DNA of 59,200 nucleotides from Pelomyxa schiedti (lineage: Eukaryota; Protista; Evosea): contig JAHLWZ010000389.1 of assembly GCA_020536535.1 (NCBI GenBank), positions 1 to 59,200 on the forward strand, written 5' to 3'. A model generated the notes under the pieces. The model saw only the letters and a list, made by a program, of their open reading frames with translations. It searched no databases and had not been told where the DNA came from. Positions 13,244-25,366 of the stretch are shown here, piece by piece (the stretch's first letter is position 1; every line of letters begins with the position of its first letter). A program made the position numbers and the translations under genes.

Positions 13244-15661
13244 TCACAAACCAAGGAATCCCACTCCGTCCAACACAAACTTGCAGCAACCAGGTGTGCA
13301 ATCACCGTTGTTTTCAAGCAGTACCAGCTTCCAGAACCTGAACTTTTGCAGGGTGTTAGGGATGTGGAACTCACCAACATCAGCACTCAGATTGGCATGA
13401 GCACGGTCGAGGGTGACTGTCCACGGGCCAGTTGCTGTGTTGCCACCATACAGTGAGAATGTCTTCACTATCTGACGATCTGTGCCCCGATTCCTGAGTT
13501 GGAACGTCTGAAGTCTCCTCACAGAAAACAAGTCATACACAATAAACACTTCTCCTGTGACTAGATTCACTCACGTAAGCAAAGGTGAAGGGAATAGAGA
13601 CCTGAGAAGCCAACAAGGCTGGCATAGCCAATTGTTCCCTCCTTTAGAGTATTCTCTGGTGTTGAAGCGTTATGGTGGTCAGAACTGGCAACAACTTTGG
13701 CCTCCAGTTTGGTAGGTTCCAGTTCGGTAGGTTCCACCTGTGGTTCCATTCCTGCCCTCAACTCTGTGAGCTGTTTTTTATTTGCATCCAACTGTGCTCT
13801 CAGTTCACTGTTCAACACAATCTCTGTTGCCAAACTCTTCTCAAGTTGCACAACTCTCTCTATCAGTCCCTTGATTGAGAAGGGCGTTCCATCACTCCCT
13901 TGAACTTCAGCTGGCTGAGGGTCTTTGTTGTATTGCACTGCCGCAAAGTTGTTGAGAACCTCCTTGAGTGCCTCGATGTTGATGTGGTGAGTGATGTTCC
14001 TTGCTGAGAGGCATGGTGTCATTGCACCTGATGACACAAGATGTGTGCACTCACAAAGTGTTTCCTTCAGTTTCTTGTCTGCTGCGATCAGGCTCACAAC
14101 GTCGCTGGACTTGGCGATTTCGAGTGCTCTTGTGATTGCTCTTTGGTGTGTTGACATGCACACCTCGAGGCACTCTTTGTGTTCTTTCGCATGTGATTCT
14201 GTTTGTTTGGTTTGAGTGGTGAGTCAAAGCTGAAGGGAAAAGAGAAAAGAGACACCAATCAAAGAGGAAATCATTGTGCAATCTGCAATCACTTCACTGG
14301 TCTTCTGTTTCATGGAATGCAAGATCGAGTCAGTCTCTGTCTCAACATTGGAGGCAATTGATTGAAGAGTTTTTTCAGACTCCAAAATGGAAGCCTCACA
14401 TTTTTTAATTGCATCACGTTCAAGTGCCACCACCTCCTCAAGTTTGGGAGTCACACCTGCATTCATTTGAGCCAAACTTCCCGTGTTTTTTGTTTGGGCA
14501 TAAAATACACACTCAAAATGGACTCACGGATCTGAGGGCCAATTTCATCAAGTGGGACACACTTGTGAGTGGAGTGAGCCGAACTGAATGCACACAGTGA
14601 ACATAGTGGTTCCCTCTCCTCCAAGCAGAACAGATCAAGATCCTTCTTTGGGTGTTTGGGGCATTTGTGTTCCTCTGTCAAAACTTCTGATGTGGGAATA
14701 GGTTCCCCCTGACTGGGAGTTACAATCGAATTGATATGGGTTGATAAATAATGAACCTTGTGAGAGTTGAGTCCAGGTGCTTTGTGGCGAATGTAGAAGC
14801 ACGACTCACAGAACAACATGCCTTTGCACCGCATGCATGTCAACGTTGCTTTCCTTGCAACCGAATTCTCATCCATGCAACTGCCAAACATGCACAATCC
14901 TTCCTCTGGCTCCTGACAAAAAGCGAGTAGTGAGTTACAGTGACGGAAGAGCATGTGTTGGGAACACACACCTCCTCTTTGTCCTTCATCACCTGGAGCA
15001 GGTAATCACGAGCAGAGGGATCAGGGATGAGCATTGACACATCACGCACCCTCGCTGATGTTGCCCCACACCCCAAAACTGGGCATTTAACACTCACACA
15101 ATAACAGTCACCTCCAGAACCACAACCACCATTCTGTACTTCACATGCGTTATTGCTTGACTTGTGGGTTGTTGAGGTACCTGTTTGTTGGTGTTTTTTT
15201 GCTTTAGCTCTCTCGATTTATTTATTTATATTATACTTGTATTAAATTATTATACTTGCTTGTAAAATTGGCCACGTCGTATTAAGTAGTTAGAAAGTGA
15301 TGACGCAACCTGGTTGACACGGTGGTTGCGGGGACGGTGGCTCCGCAAGTGCAGTTTCCCCTGATTGTGGTGTCCCTTGATTATGGGTACCACACAGTGG
15401 GGCGCATTCACGCAACATGGTGAGTGTTGCCACTGACGCGATGTGGCGGTAGCACCCACGGCACACGACGTGCCCACACGACGACGAAGACGACGAAGAG
15501 GGTGCGGAGGAGGAGGAGGCAGCTGATTTGGATGCGGGGAACAACACCGGATCGGTCATGGGACACCCCAGCCCGCCGCACACACTGCACTGTGGGACAG
15601 GGGGAGGGGGGTCACCGGCCGGGTCTTGTAGTTGTGATGGAGACACCGGCACCAACGACAT
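13244..15661 (-). CDS. TRIM/RBCC-like protein: RING, B-box1, B-box2, coiled coil and a C-terminal beta-sandwich (possibly discoidin/F5-8C-like)
   Basis: RING CSVC...CGHVVCRGC...CPVLGC. B-box CMRCKGMLFCESCFYIRH...H. B-box CPKHPKKDLDLFCLEEREPLCSLCAFSSAHSTH. Coiled-coil exons follow. The last exon is FSLYGG...FRFWKLVLLENNG. Confidence 0.85.
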
Positions 15662-15702
15662 TATTCGTTTGATTTTTGATTACGGGTTTTGTTGTGGAGT
15701 GT

Positions 15703-15869
15703 TTAAAACCCAAAGAAGCCCACGTATTTGAACCAGAACTTGCAACCGCCTGTTGTGTGATAACCATTGTCCAGCAAGAGAAGCTTCCAGAACCTCAACT
15801 TGGGGATACTGTTTGTGATTTTGAACTCCCCCACATCAGCACTCAGTTTGGCTTTGGCTCTGTCTAGTG
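15703..15869 (-). CDS. 3' fragment of a paralog of the TRIM-like gene; the rest is hidden in the gap
   Basis: LDRAKAKLSADVGEFKITNSIPKLRFWKLLLLDNGYHTTGGCKFWFKYVGFFGF* aligns end to end with LDRAHANLSADVGEFHIPNTLQKFRFWKLVLLENNGDCTPGCCKFVLDGVGFLGL* from the end of the TRIM-like gene (stop at 13244). Confidence 0.75.
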
Positions 15870-15969
15870 NNNNNNNNNNNNNNNNNNNNNNNNNNNNNNN
15901 NNNNNNNNNNNNNNNNNNNNNNNNNNNNNNNNNNNNNNNNNNNNNNNNNNNNNNNNNNNNNNNNNNNNN
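15870..15969. other. Assembly gap (100 N, true size unknown)
   Basis: Run of N; genes are truncated on both sides. Confidence 0.99.
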
Positions 15970-16853
15970 ACGACGATGGAATCCGAAATTTGGTGATTAC
16001 AGCAAGAGTCTTGGTTTCGAAAGATGCAGTCAGATCGACAAGGCAAGCACACTGTTGAGTGTCTTCAGGATCTCGACAAGAAAACAGCAGGATCTGGTCC
16101 TCCCTGTGGGTGTGGAAGATTCCTTGCCTGTACTGAAGCTCATGGGACAGAGGCACAGACACAAAGCCAAAACCACCATCATCTTCAGACAGTTTCGAAG
16201 CCTTGCTTTGAGTTTTTGGAACTCACCCAACGGTGTGCGTGAGTTTTCAGTATCTTAATGTGATCTGAGAATCCAATGACAATCCACTCGGTATTGTAAT
16301 CCAGGAACCTAACATCCGAACTGGCCATGCAAAGCACCATTCCCTGTGCCTTCCCACAGCCGTCCAGGACCCTGAGCACACAGTCAGCGGCTGAGAATTC
16401 ATCAAAGATGAACCACCTCTCTTCCTTCCCACCATCACAACAGACATCGACGTGTGACAGCAGAGAAAACTCCGGCCCAGTTACAAGCACCTGACTGTGG
16501 ACAACACCCAGCGTCAGTGACACACCAATCCACACGTGCAGCCCCACCTCATTCCCCGTCTTGCCCTTCTCCTCACCGCTGGGTGTTGCGTCGAGTGACA
16601 CGGCCATGTGCCTGTGTGCCCTGACCACGTGGTTCTCACACAAGTGCCTCATCAGTGACCCCACAACAGCAACAACGTGCGCGTCACATCGTCCCGCCCT
16701 GATGTTGTTTTTGGAGCGAGATCGACGGAGTGTTGTGGTGACGTCATCCCTGTTTTGGATGCTATTAACGGGCGACGCAGTGCATGCCAGTGCCACGAAC
16801 TGCGACTTTGCGTCGAGCAACACTGTGAGGTTCAGCGGTGTCCGATCTGCCAT
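15970..16853 (-). pseudogene. QFVAL-family member B, with a frameshift or a possible micro-intron; truncated by the gap
   Basis: The ORF LDAKSQFVALAC... stops at 16185-16187. Homology continues in another frame as LSEDDGGFGFVSVPLSHELQYRQGIF...LVDLTASFETKTL. Confidence 0.65.
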
Positions 16854-16914
16854 ACTTAGTGGAACGTGATTGGTGATTGTTCACCGTACTTTCGCTGAAA
16901 TTATTGACTGCAGC

Positions 16915-18222
16915 CTAAGGGTTATACATAGAAAATTTGCTCATTTGCGGGGCACTAAGCACTGCAAGAACAGTACGAGTCAGTGCATCCAGGAATGTGA
17001 CAGTCAGTACTGGCGCTGCTGTTGTCTTTGATGAATGAGTTTTTGTTGTTGTGGCCAGGACACCACTCAAAGGATCAGTGGTCAGAATGGTGGTGTTGGC
17101 AAGGGAATGCAGTGGTGTGTCAAGAGAGGTCACATGGAATATGTTGTGTGTTCCAGTGGTAGTTGTCTCACAGATACAGTCAGGGCCTACAGCAGCGATA
17201 GTGGATCCTTCTGGGAATGTGTGAATGTGGGCTTTCGTTTCTGTGTTGTACAACTTGAAGGAGGCCGGTGGAACTTGTGGGGAAATTGTGTGGATTGTTC
17301 CTTTCAACACTACGGAACCCTTGGAGGCTGATGGAATCCATGTGTAATAAATCACCACAAGACTCTTGGTTTTAAATGTGGCATTGAGGTCAACAAGGCA
17401 ACTAGACCCATGAGTGCTGCCATCCACCAACAGAATTTCATCCTCCTTCTCAACATTGAAGATTCCCTGCATGTACCATACTCCCTCTCTGTAAGGAACA
17501 GACACGGGTCCACAGCAAGTATTGTCCTCCAAACGAGACAAGATGACTTCCTCATTGCCACAAGGTGGTACCATCCAGCAATGTGGGTTTATTCTCATGA
17601 CTTCCATGTGATCTTGGCATCCAACCACTATCCACTTTGTATTACATTCCAGCAGCCTCATATCCATCCACCCTTTAGCAAGCTTGCATTGAACCTTCCC
17701 ACAGTTGTCCGTCACTTGTAGAACAAACTCCGTGCCGGTATCATTTACAATCACAAACTGCCTTGCCGGCTTTCCACCATACCCACTGCACACAGAAATA
17801 TGCGAAACGAAAAAGCACCTTACCCCAGCAACAGACAGGTGACTGTGAACAACACCCAGTGTTGGTGACACACCAATCCACACGTGCAGGCGCACAGCTC
17901 TGTCCCGCCCTCCCTCAGCACTGGATGTTGCCTCTAGTGACATGACCATGTGCCTGTGTGCCCTGACCACGTGGTTCTCACCCAAGAACCTCATCAGTGA
18001 CCCAACCACAGCAATCACGTGTGCGTCACATCGCCCTCCCCTGATGCTGTTGTTTTTCGAGTGTTGGTTTCGAAACCGGGTGGTGGTTGTGACGTCATCC
18101 CGGTTTCGGGGCCTATTTCCGTCACAAGCTGCGCATGCCAGCGCAATGAACTGCGATTTTGCGTCGATGACGACGTCGAGGTGCGGTTGCTCCGGTGCCG
18201 TAGACAACGCGTGGTTTCCCAT
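16915..18222 (-). CDS. Intronless QFVAL-family member C (435 aa)
   Basis: Single ORF: IDAKSQFIALAC, RCDAHVIAVVGSLMRFLGENHVVR, HVWIGVSPTLGVV, CNTKWIVV, LVDLNATF, LTVTFLDALT. Confidence 0.85.
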   Translation of the reverse strand: MGNHALSTAPEQPHLDVVIDAKSQFIALACAACDGNRPRNRDDVTTTTRFRNQHSKNNSIRGGRCDAHVIAVVGSLMRFLGENHVVRAHRHMVMSLEATSSAEGGRDRAVRLHVWIGVSPTLGVVHSHLSVAGVRCFFVSHISVCSGYGGKPARQFVIVNDTGTEFVLQVTDNCGKVQCKLAKGWMDMRLLECNTKWIVVGCQDHMEVMRINPHCWMVPPCGNEEVILSRLEDNTCCGPVSVPYREGVWYMQGIFNVEKEDEILLVDGSTHGSSCLVDLNATFKTKSLVVIYYTWIPSASKGSVVLKGTIHTISPQVPPASFKLYNTETKAHIHTFPEGSTIAAVGPDCICETTTTGTHNIFHVTSLDTPLHSLANTTILTTDPLSGVLATTTKTHSSKTTAAPVLTVTFLDALTRTVLAVLSAPQMSKFSMYNP

Positions 18223-18373
18223 TTTCGTGGAACCTCATCAACATTATTTTATTGTTACCGGTAAAAAGCCAGAAGAGCCACACTAATACCTTCATGAGCT
18301 TGAAAGTGTTAATGACCATGAATTGATGGAGCAGGACTGGTGGTTTTTTTTTGTGAAGCAGTTTATTTGTTTA

Positions 18374-19610
18374 TCACACACGCTGGAATCCACTTGCAAG
18401 TGGGGACAGACACCAGACCCCATAGAAACGTTGCATTGCCCATCTGTACAATAAGTGTCCAATGGATGGGACAACAGCAAAGTACAAAACAGGAAGGGAG
18501 CCCTTGGCCCATCTGCTCAGGTATCCTCCTTGCAGGCAAGAGAACGATTCCCAAATATCTGGGGATATGAGTTAATTTGATAATCAAAATGCAATGCAGC
18601 ACACACCGGTTTTTGTGGCCCAAATCGCAACAGCCAAGCATGCAGCGCCGGAAATGAGGAGCAATAGGGAACCACTGCGTAGCACCCAGAGCTGAACCGG
18701 CCGGAATTCCTTTCTTTCAAAAAGGGAGGCGTACCATTGCGGGATGATTCCTTTTTCCTTCCTTGCACCCCACCAGGATTCCGGCTGTGTGACAAGCACA
18801 AACATCACGGCCGCCACTGAGAAAAATGCATAGAGCACGAAGAGGCACGCTGCATATGGGTGAGGTAAAAGCGGAAATCAAGTTCAACGAGAAGGAAACC
18901 CTTTTCATACTGGATGATGCTATCTGATTCTTCCCGCGTGCAATGCGTTTCAGTGTATTCCTTCAAGTGATACCAGTTCTTTCCCAATCCAATAGCAAAT
19001 ACAACGTGAATCGCACTGGGAGATACAGATAAACAAATGTTCAAGGTAATCATAAAAATAACAGATAGAGTACTGCTATACAACATCACCAAGAGGGAAA
19101 CAACCATGATAGGCTCAGCAGCCCCGCAATGAAAAGAAAGGTAACAACCGGTAAATATCTCTGAATCCAAGAGTGATTTGTTGGTTGCAAAAAAGACAAA
19201 TCCAGAGCTCCCACATCCGGCTCTCCGTGCTTTTCTCCATCAACTTCATTGTCACTCTCACTCTCGTTATCAATTTGGCTGACATTTTCACTGGCGTGTG
19301 CGGCCACCAAATTCCTCTTTCTGAAGGTCTCGGTATCACCATCACTCTCCTGCAGTGGGACACCCAACCCATAATTGCACTGCGTGTTGCCTGCCCCTTG
19401 GTGTTTTGCCTGGTCGTCGTTGGTTGCAGTTATCGTTGCGTTTTCAGGTTCCTCTTGCTTTTGAGTTGGTTTTGTGGTTTGGGTGTCATATTCGTTTCCG
19501 TTGTCTATGTCGGCTACTGTTTCTCCCACAAGTGGAACAGTGGCGAGCTCCCCATTTAGTTGTTGGTCGGAGCTAGAGATGTCAGGTATACCCGGTGTTG
19601 ATGTCAACAT
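18374..19610 (-). CDS. Hypothetical multi-pass membrane protein (multi-exon)
   Basis: Acidic, polar N-terminus from ATG 19610, followed by several hydrophobic segments (LYAFFSVAAVMFVLV, LLLLISGAACLAVAIW) separated by GT-AG introns. Confidence 0.5.
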
Positions 19611-19913
19611 CCTTGTTTTTTCAGAGTGGCACTTTAATCAACGGACCGGAACGCTGTCATTTTTAACGTTACCGTCGAGCTCAGGTGGTTTTTTTTATTC
19701 CGCCACATATTCCCACCAGCCGGGGCTGGTTCCATGACTGTGTAGTCAGTTCAGTGGACACGGCACTTTTTTTTTCCCCCGAAAACCGTGTTTGTCACGT
19801 TGGCATGTGGCAGGTGGCACCTTAATTTCCCTGCACGATTGCAATGTGAGTTGTACCGTGGACATTTCAATTCCTTACAAAGTAGGGACTGAATAATTTT
19901 AATTGTTCATATT

Positions 19914-21239
19914 ATGTCGCACCTGGTATCTACTTCAACGGTTGTTTGGATCTCACATATAACAAAGAAGTCAGAGGAAAGCACGTGCTACAACTGTGTT
20001 AACAGCAAATGGGCACAAAAATACGAAAAAGCAGTCTTTAAGACAAAGCCTACAAACTTTGGGCAAGGTGGCGTTGAAGCACCGGAGGCAAATATATCTT
20101 TTCAAGGTATACCCACCAGTACAATAAAAAGAAGTAATTAACTACATAAAGGAATGATGAAAAATGTGATCTGTTCCTCTTCAGTTCCATCACACTGGGA
20201 AGGTCCATTTACCAACGGACTTCAAGAGTTCAGGTATCCACATCCAAAGTTTCTTTCCCATAATTAATTAAAACAACATACATCAGCACCACCCGCCACG
20301 CCAAGCGCAGAGGTTTCCGGGGCCCACAGCAACTTGTGGAGCATGAGACTCTGAACCTTAAAGAGTCTTGCTTCTCAATTATACAGCTAAAGCAAGTGGT
20401 ATTCTCGGTTATTAACCACCAAATTGCACCGATTATAGAGGTATTCCCTACTTCAGTCTTTAGCACCCTCCCACACTCTTAAAGGCTGTTCTGAAATCGC
20501 CCGACGAATGGCAGACTCGCCTCCTTTCACACTTGGCCAGTCACCCAATTAGGGGCACTCGGGTACGTCAAAGGACCTACGTGACCAAAGTAATTGAGAT
20601 CATTTCCGATTTCATGCAACAGTAGGAGTTCTCTGTAAGAGCAATAAACTGACAAGTTTCTTTCTCCAGTGAGCTTGACGCGTTAATTTCTACTGAAGTT
20701 TCAAAGGTATTAAAAGAGGCTTTGGACCACCAAATCGAGGTATCAACAATTAATGCTACTGGGAATTGACCCTTAAAAAGAGCGACGTGAGCTTAACCGG
20801 ACTTGGGCTAATATCAACCCGGCTACCTCCACAATGCTTCTTTGATGCCTACAGTTCACTTACACCGGCTCATACTGGCTTCCATCCAGTGTTCTCTCCT
20901 TGCATATCAGGTGCACTAATGATTGGTGCCAGTGCTCTCCTTGGTGGGTCCGGACCTGTATTCTGGGACTCCTCAGCAGCAGAAAAGCGGGCTGTCAACT
21001 CCGTCGTACAAACAGTGTTCAGCCAGAAGGAGCTGCTCATCACACAAGCACAAGTGCAACTGCAGACCACACTGAATGCCCGCATCGAGCTGCTGACAGC
21101 CCAGCTCACGTCCGAACAACAAGAAGAAGCCCTCATGCTAAACCTCCTTGGGCTCCTTTCCAAACACCCCAACGTGCCCGTCCCCGGCACCACCTTCTCC
21201 CCAACAAAAAACACCACCACATCCCCAATCGATCCTTAG
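19914..21239 (+). CDS. Hypothetical protein, probably multi-exon, with a short coiled coil
   Basis: Open segments at 19914-20141, about 20280-20450 and 20766-21239 (ELLITQAQVQLQTTLNARIELLTAQL). No family recognised; gene structure uncertain. Confidence 0.35.
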
Positions 21240-21302
21240 CACTGGGATCTGTTATCACAAGCGCGAATCCATTTAACAATCAAACAAAAACTCTCAAAGG
21301 GG

Positions 21303-23183
21303 ATGGCGACGAACACGTCTGTTACGACGGCAGGGGTGCCTGATGGTGGCGAGATTGAGACCACCCGGGATCTGGGGTACAACGTGGTGCAGTGGGTGTC
21401 GGAGCTGAGGCACCAGGGGCGAGCTACCGGCGACGAAGCGGAGGCCCTCGACGTGGCTATCGATTGCCTCTCAAATGTGTCCCCCCCCTTGATGTCCTCC
21501 TACCTTTTTCCCTTTTCTGGTTTTTTTTCTTTTTTATTTGTTTTATTTTTTTTTTGTTTACTGCGTTGTGGTTGGTTCTTATTTGATATTAGGAATTTTT
21601 AATAATTAATTATTTGACGATCTTTTGTGAAGTTCTTCAAAGTGGACTTGAATGATCCTGAGCAAAAGTTGCGGTATGGATTGCAAAGAATAAGCCCCAC
21701 AACGAGATTAGTTGATGTATTTATAGCGGGAAAGAAACAGCTTAATGAACGTATGTAAGGAATTTTTTCTTGCTGCAACTAACCTAGCGTTAGAGATAAT
21801 GGAGGGAAAATTCCAGGAGTATCTCACTGTACTCCAGGCCAAAGACTACTTCAAGGGAACAACTCCTGATTCAAAAGGTAACAACCACATATGTGTATCA
21901 CAAACTGATATAACAGAGTATAACGAACGGATGCAGAGGGCAAAGACATATTTCTTCTCGTCTTTCAAATGTCCTTCACAGCCACAACCAGCACCTAAAC
22001 CTCAAGTACCTTCACAATCCATACCAGAACCACAAGAGACACCAACACCACAAACACCTTTCCCGTCAGTAGAAAATCAACCTGTTCTTCAAGTTCCGCC
22101 ACCAAATGAACCAACCACAGAGGTAGTATTATTCTATTTCCTAGCTCGCATTTATGGATATTACTAGGCAATCCAACCAGGCGAAGATGCTAATGCACTT
22201 GCAGAAAAGTATAAAAATCAGGGTTGGTAATCTTTTTGGAAGAGTACAGCTAACTAAAAGCAGGGAATGGCAAGCTTCTCGTGTCCGACTATGTTGCGGC
22301 ACTAGATTGCTATACGAAAGCCATCAACATCAACCCTTTAAATGCTATTTATTTTGCTAATCGGTGAGTATCACGTTGTACAAGAAACTCTCTGATGACA
22401 ATATAGTGCCGCAGCTTATACACACTTGGGTCAGTATGAAAATGCTGTTGATGACTGTAACAAAGCCATTGCACTGAAACCTGATTACACCAAGGCCTAC
22501 AACCGCCTGGGGTATTCTTTATTACTTCGCATTTTTCAAGTGTTCAACTTCATGAAAGGCTGGCCTACTTCCGTCTTGGTAAATACCGCGAGGCTGTTGA
22601 AGAGGGATACAAAAAGGAACTTGCACTGGACCCAGGAAATGCGGAGGCCATTAACGCCAACATACATAGAGCCAATGCACTTGCCCCCCACCAACCTCAG
22701 GTCACCCCAACCCCCGCGTCCCCATCAACAAACACGGCCAGCAATTCTCCTCCCCTTCCACAGGGATTGGAGTCACTGATGCAAAACCCGATGATACAGA
22801 ACTTCGCACAGTCACTTGGTACGGAGATTTTTACTTGTAAATGATAATTACAATCTAATAATAATGTATTTGCTAGTCACTGATCCCTCTTTGTAGGAGG
22901 CGGTGGAGGAGGTGGAAGTGGAAATACCGGTTCACTACTAAACATGGCACAGAACCTAGTTCAACAGCCTGGATTCCAGGATATGATGAACACACCATTC
23001 TTCCAAAATATGTGTGTGCACCAAGTTTTATCCCGGTTTTGAAAAACTAATTGCAAAAAAAACAGGGTTCAGCAGTTCACGCAGAACCCGTCCATGTTAC
23101 AGAACATGCTACCCGCGTTCATGGGAGGAGCTCAGCCGCCACCACAACCAGACAAAACCGAGGATGCATCAAAAAAATCATGA
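21303..23183 (+). CDS. SGTA: SGT/SGTA co-chaperone (dimerisation domain, TPR repeats, Q/M-rich STI1-like C-terminus)
   Basis: LGYNVVQWV...EALDVAIDCLS. TPR motifs YTKAININPLNAIYFANR and AVDDCNKAIALKPDYTKAYNRLG. C-terminal LMQNPMIQNFAQ and QNPSMLQNM. Confidence 0.9.
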
Positions 23184-23469
23184 ACTTATGTCTACTATGC
23201 AGAAAATTAAAAGAACTTGGAGTGGAAGCTTTCAAGACAATTTTATTATTGACTTTTGCACATCACAAATTACAGACCAAGCTTTCTCTCCATAATTTCG
23301 TGGATGGTGTAAGTTGGCAATTGCGGTGTCTCCAATCCCTCTGTTTGTTGTATTGCAGAAATTGTGAGATATTACAACCAAAATAATCACGTGATACCTC
23401 CGAGGTAATCTTCAAAGTCTATATCTTCATCCAGACCGAGGAACGTCTCTAGTCCGGAAAAACTGCGTG

Positions 23470-23971
23470 TCAGGCCCGGCAATCCATGGAACTAATAAGT
23501 ATATCAGACATAAATGTGGGTTGGCAGGCAAGTAACATATAGTAGACACTAACGCCGAGCCGGTGGGCGGTTTGTACAGTTATTACCTTCATAACAAACA
23601 AAAGAATACGAGACATACGAAATAATAATTAAATAAAATTATTATGCAAGACAATAATGCACAAGCCAATAAAATGTAAAAAATATAAATAACACACACA
23701 ACAAAACAAAAATAGCAACCTGGGACAGAATGTGGGCGTCCATCTTGGACCGCAGCTCGAATCCCGGCCCATAAGCCAGGCACGCCAGTTTCCCCCTCGC
23801 CTCGTCACCGGGCCGCGCTGCCGGGCTCATTGGCGCGCTCGGTGCCGAGGGCGACGCCCCCGCCGACGCCGTGGCGCGGTACGCCGCGGGGCCCAACCGT
23901 ATCACGTCCTTGGACGCAGCCTGCTGCTCCCCAACTCCCCCTAGCGCCGGTCCCCCCTGTTGCATCATCAT
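23470..23971 (-). CDS. Small hypothetical protein, head-to-head with PIG-F (copy 1)
   Basis: Exon 1 MMMQQGGPALGG...GPGFELRSKMDAHILSQ (23720-23971) is conserved in the duplicate at 58161-58415. Donor site at 23719; putative exon 2 starts at 23586. Confidence 0.45.
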
Positions 23972-24720
23972 CGTCGGTGTCTGTTGTTTGTTGTGGGTGC
24001 TTCCTGTCGTCGATGGCTTCTTCGAACACCAAATTTTCCCTCTCTGCGGAATGTCATCGCGTGGCAGAGCCACCAAGGGGCCACAGCACGCCCACAAGGG
24101 CAAGGGAGGGCCCGCCGCTGCGCAGCCGACGACCGCCAGCAGCAGCAGCGCAGGGCCGACGCCGGCGGCGCAGCTGGACTCACCGCCCCCCAGCGCACCG
24201 GCGGCCACGGAGACCGCCGTCATGGCATCCTCACCGCCGGCGGTGGCGAGCGCGGGACCGGTGGCGATGAGGCGCAAGGGGTTCGGGGCGATGTGCAACG
24301 TGGGGATGGTGGTGTGGGTGGGGTGCCTGCTGGCCGGCTTGCTCGTGGCCCCCGCAGCGATCGCGGACCCGAGTGGCGGCGGGAGGGGGGGCGCCGGGCT
24401 GGGCGGGATTGTGGGACGCGGGGGGGCCGGGGCAGGGGAGATAGGGACGGGGATAGTGGGGATGGGGGGGTTTGTGTGGGGGACACTTGTGGGTGTGTTG
24501 CTGTGGGCATGGGCAATAGCAAGGATTTGCTTATCTTTGAAAATCTCCTTCTCTAGGGTATGGCAAGGGGCATGGCATTGCTTGTTTGTGTGTGTGTTGG
24601 TTGAGCATATTATTTCTTAATGGTGAAAGTAAGGCTTTATTTTTACGTGGGTGATGTTTTTGGTTGTAGTTTAGGTTTAGGTTTACCTTATTTTGAAAGG
24701 TTGTACTCAGTGGAATTGTT
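23697..24720 (+). repeat. Segmental duplicate or allelic copy, unit 1
   Basis: Near-identical to 58139-59200, with scattered substitutions and small, often codon-sized, indels. Confidence 0.92.
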
Positions 24721-25366
24721 TGGTTGTGCCTCGGATGGTTTCTGTTCCACGCAACAGCAATTATTTTTGGAGCCCCTGTTTTCTAGTGTGTTTCTCTTTT
24801 TTTCCTTTCATTCTCACTCGAGAGGGACTAATTCCCTGCCGTACAGTCACTTTGAACAAACAATGCAGTGGTCAATGATAATGGCCCTTTTCTGCCTTGT
24901 CCCGGCCGGTATTTTCATGTCCGATCATACTTATGTATGGCTTCTCCACAATGAAAAGTGTGTCCGGATTCAGCATGTTCAATACTAACAAAAAACCCAA
25001 GGGCCGCGTATGCTAGAATATTTCTAGTTCCAGCCACACTATGTTCACTTTTTGGAGCCTGGATTGGTATGCATTTTCATCTCAACATGAATAGTCTGTC
25101 TATTAATTAATTAATTGACTTTCTATCCCTGGCACGGGGACAGTTTACATCATCAAACTCAAACCAACAAACACCCTAACATACTGTCAGGTGCATTTGT
25201 GATACCACTGGACTGGGACCGACCATGGCAAGTGTGGCCCACACCATGCACATATGGTGCTGTTGCAGGGTACCTGATTGGCATGGGCATAACCACCACA
25301 ACTCTCATTCTGCGCCAGTCATCACAACAACTACATAACCCCTTTGACACCAAAAAAAAAAGATGA
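24051..25366 (+). CDS. PIGF: GPI-anchor biosynthesis protein PIG-F (Gpi11)
   Basis: FHATAIIFGAPVF, QTMQWSMIMALFCLVP and the signature GAFVIPLDWDRPWQVWPTPCTYGAVAGY. Confidence 0.82.

Noticed and set aside
23750-23780. gctcgaatcccggccc as a tRNA T-arm (also in the duplicate near 58195)
   Set aside because: It lacks GTTC and any cloverleaf partner arms, and it lies within a conserved exon on the other strand.
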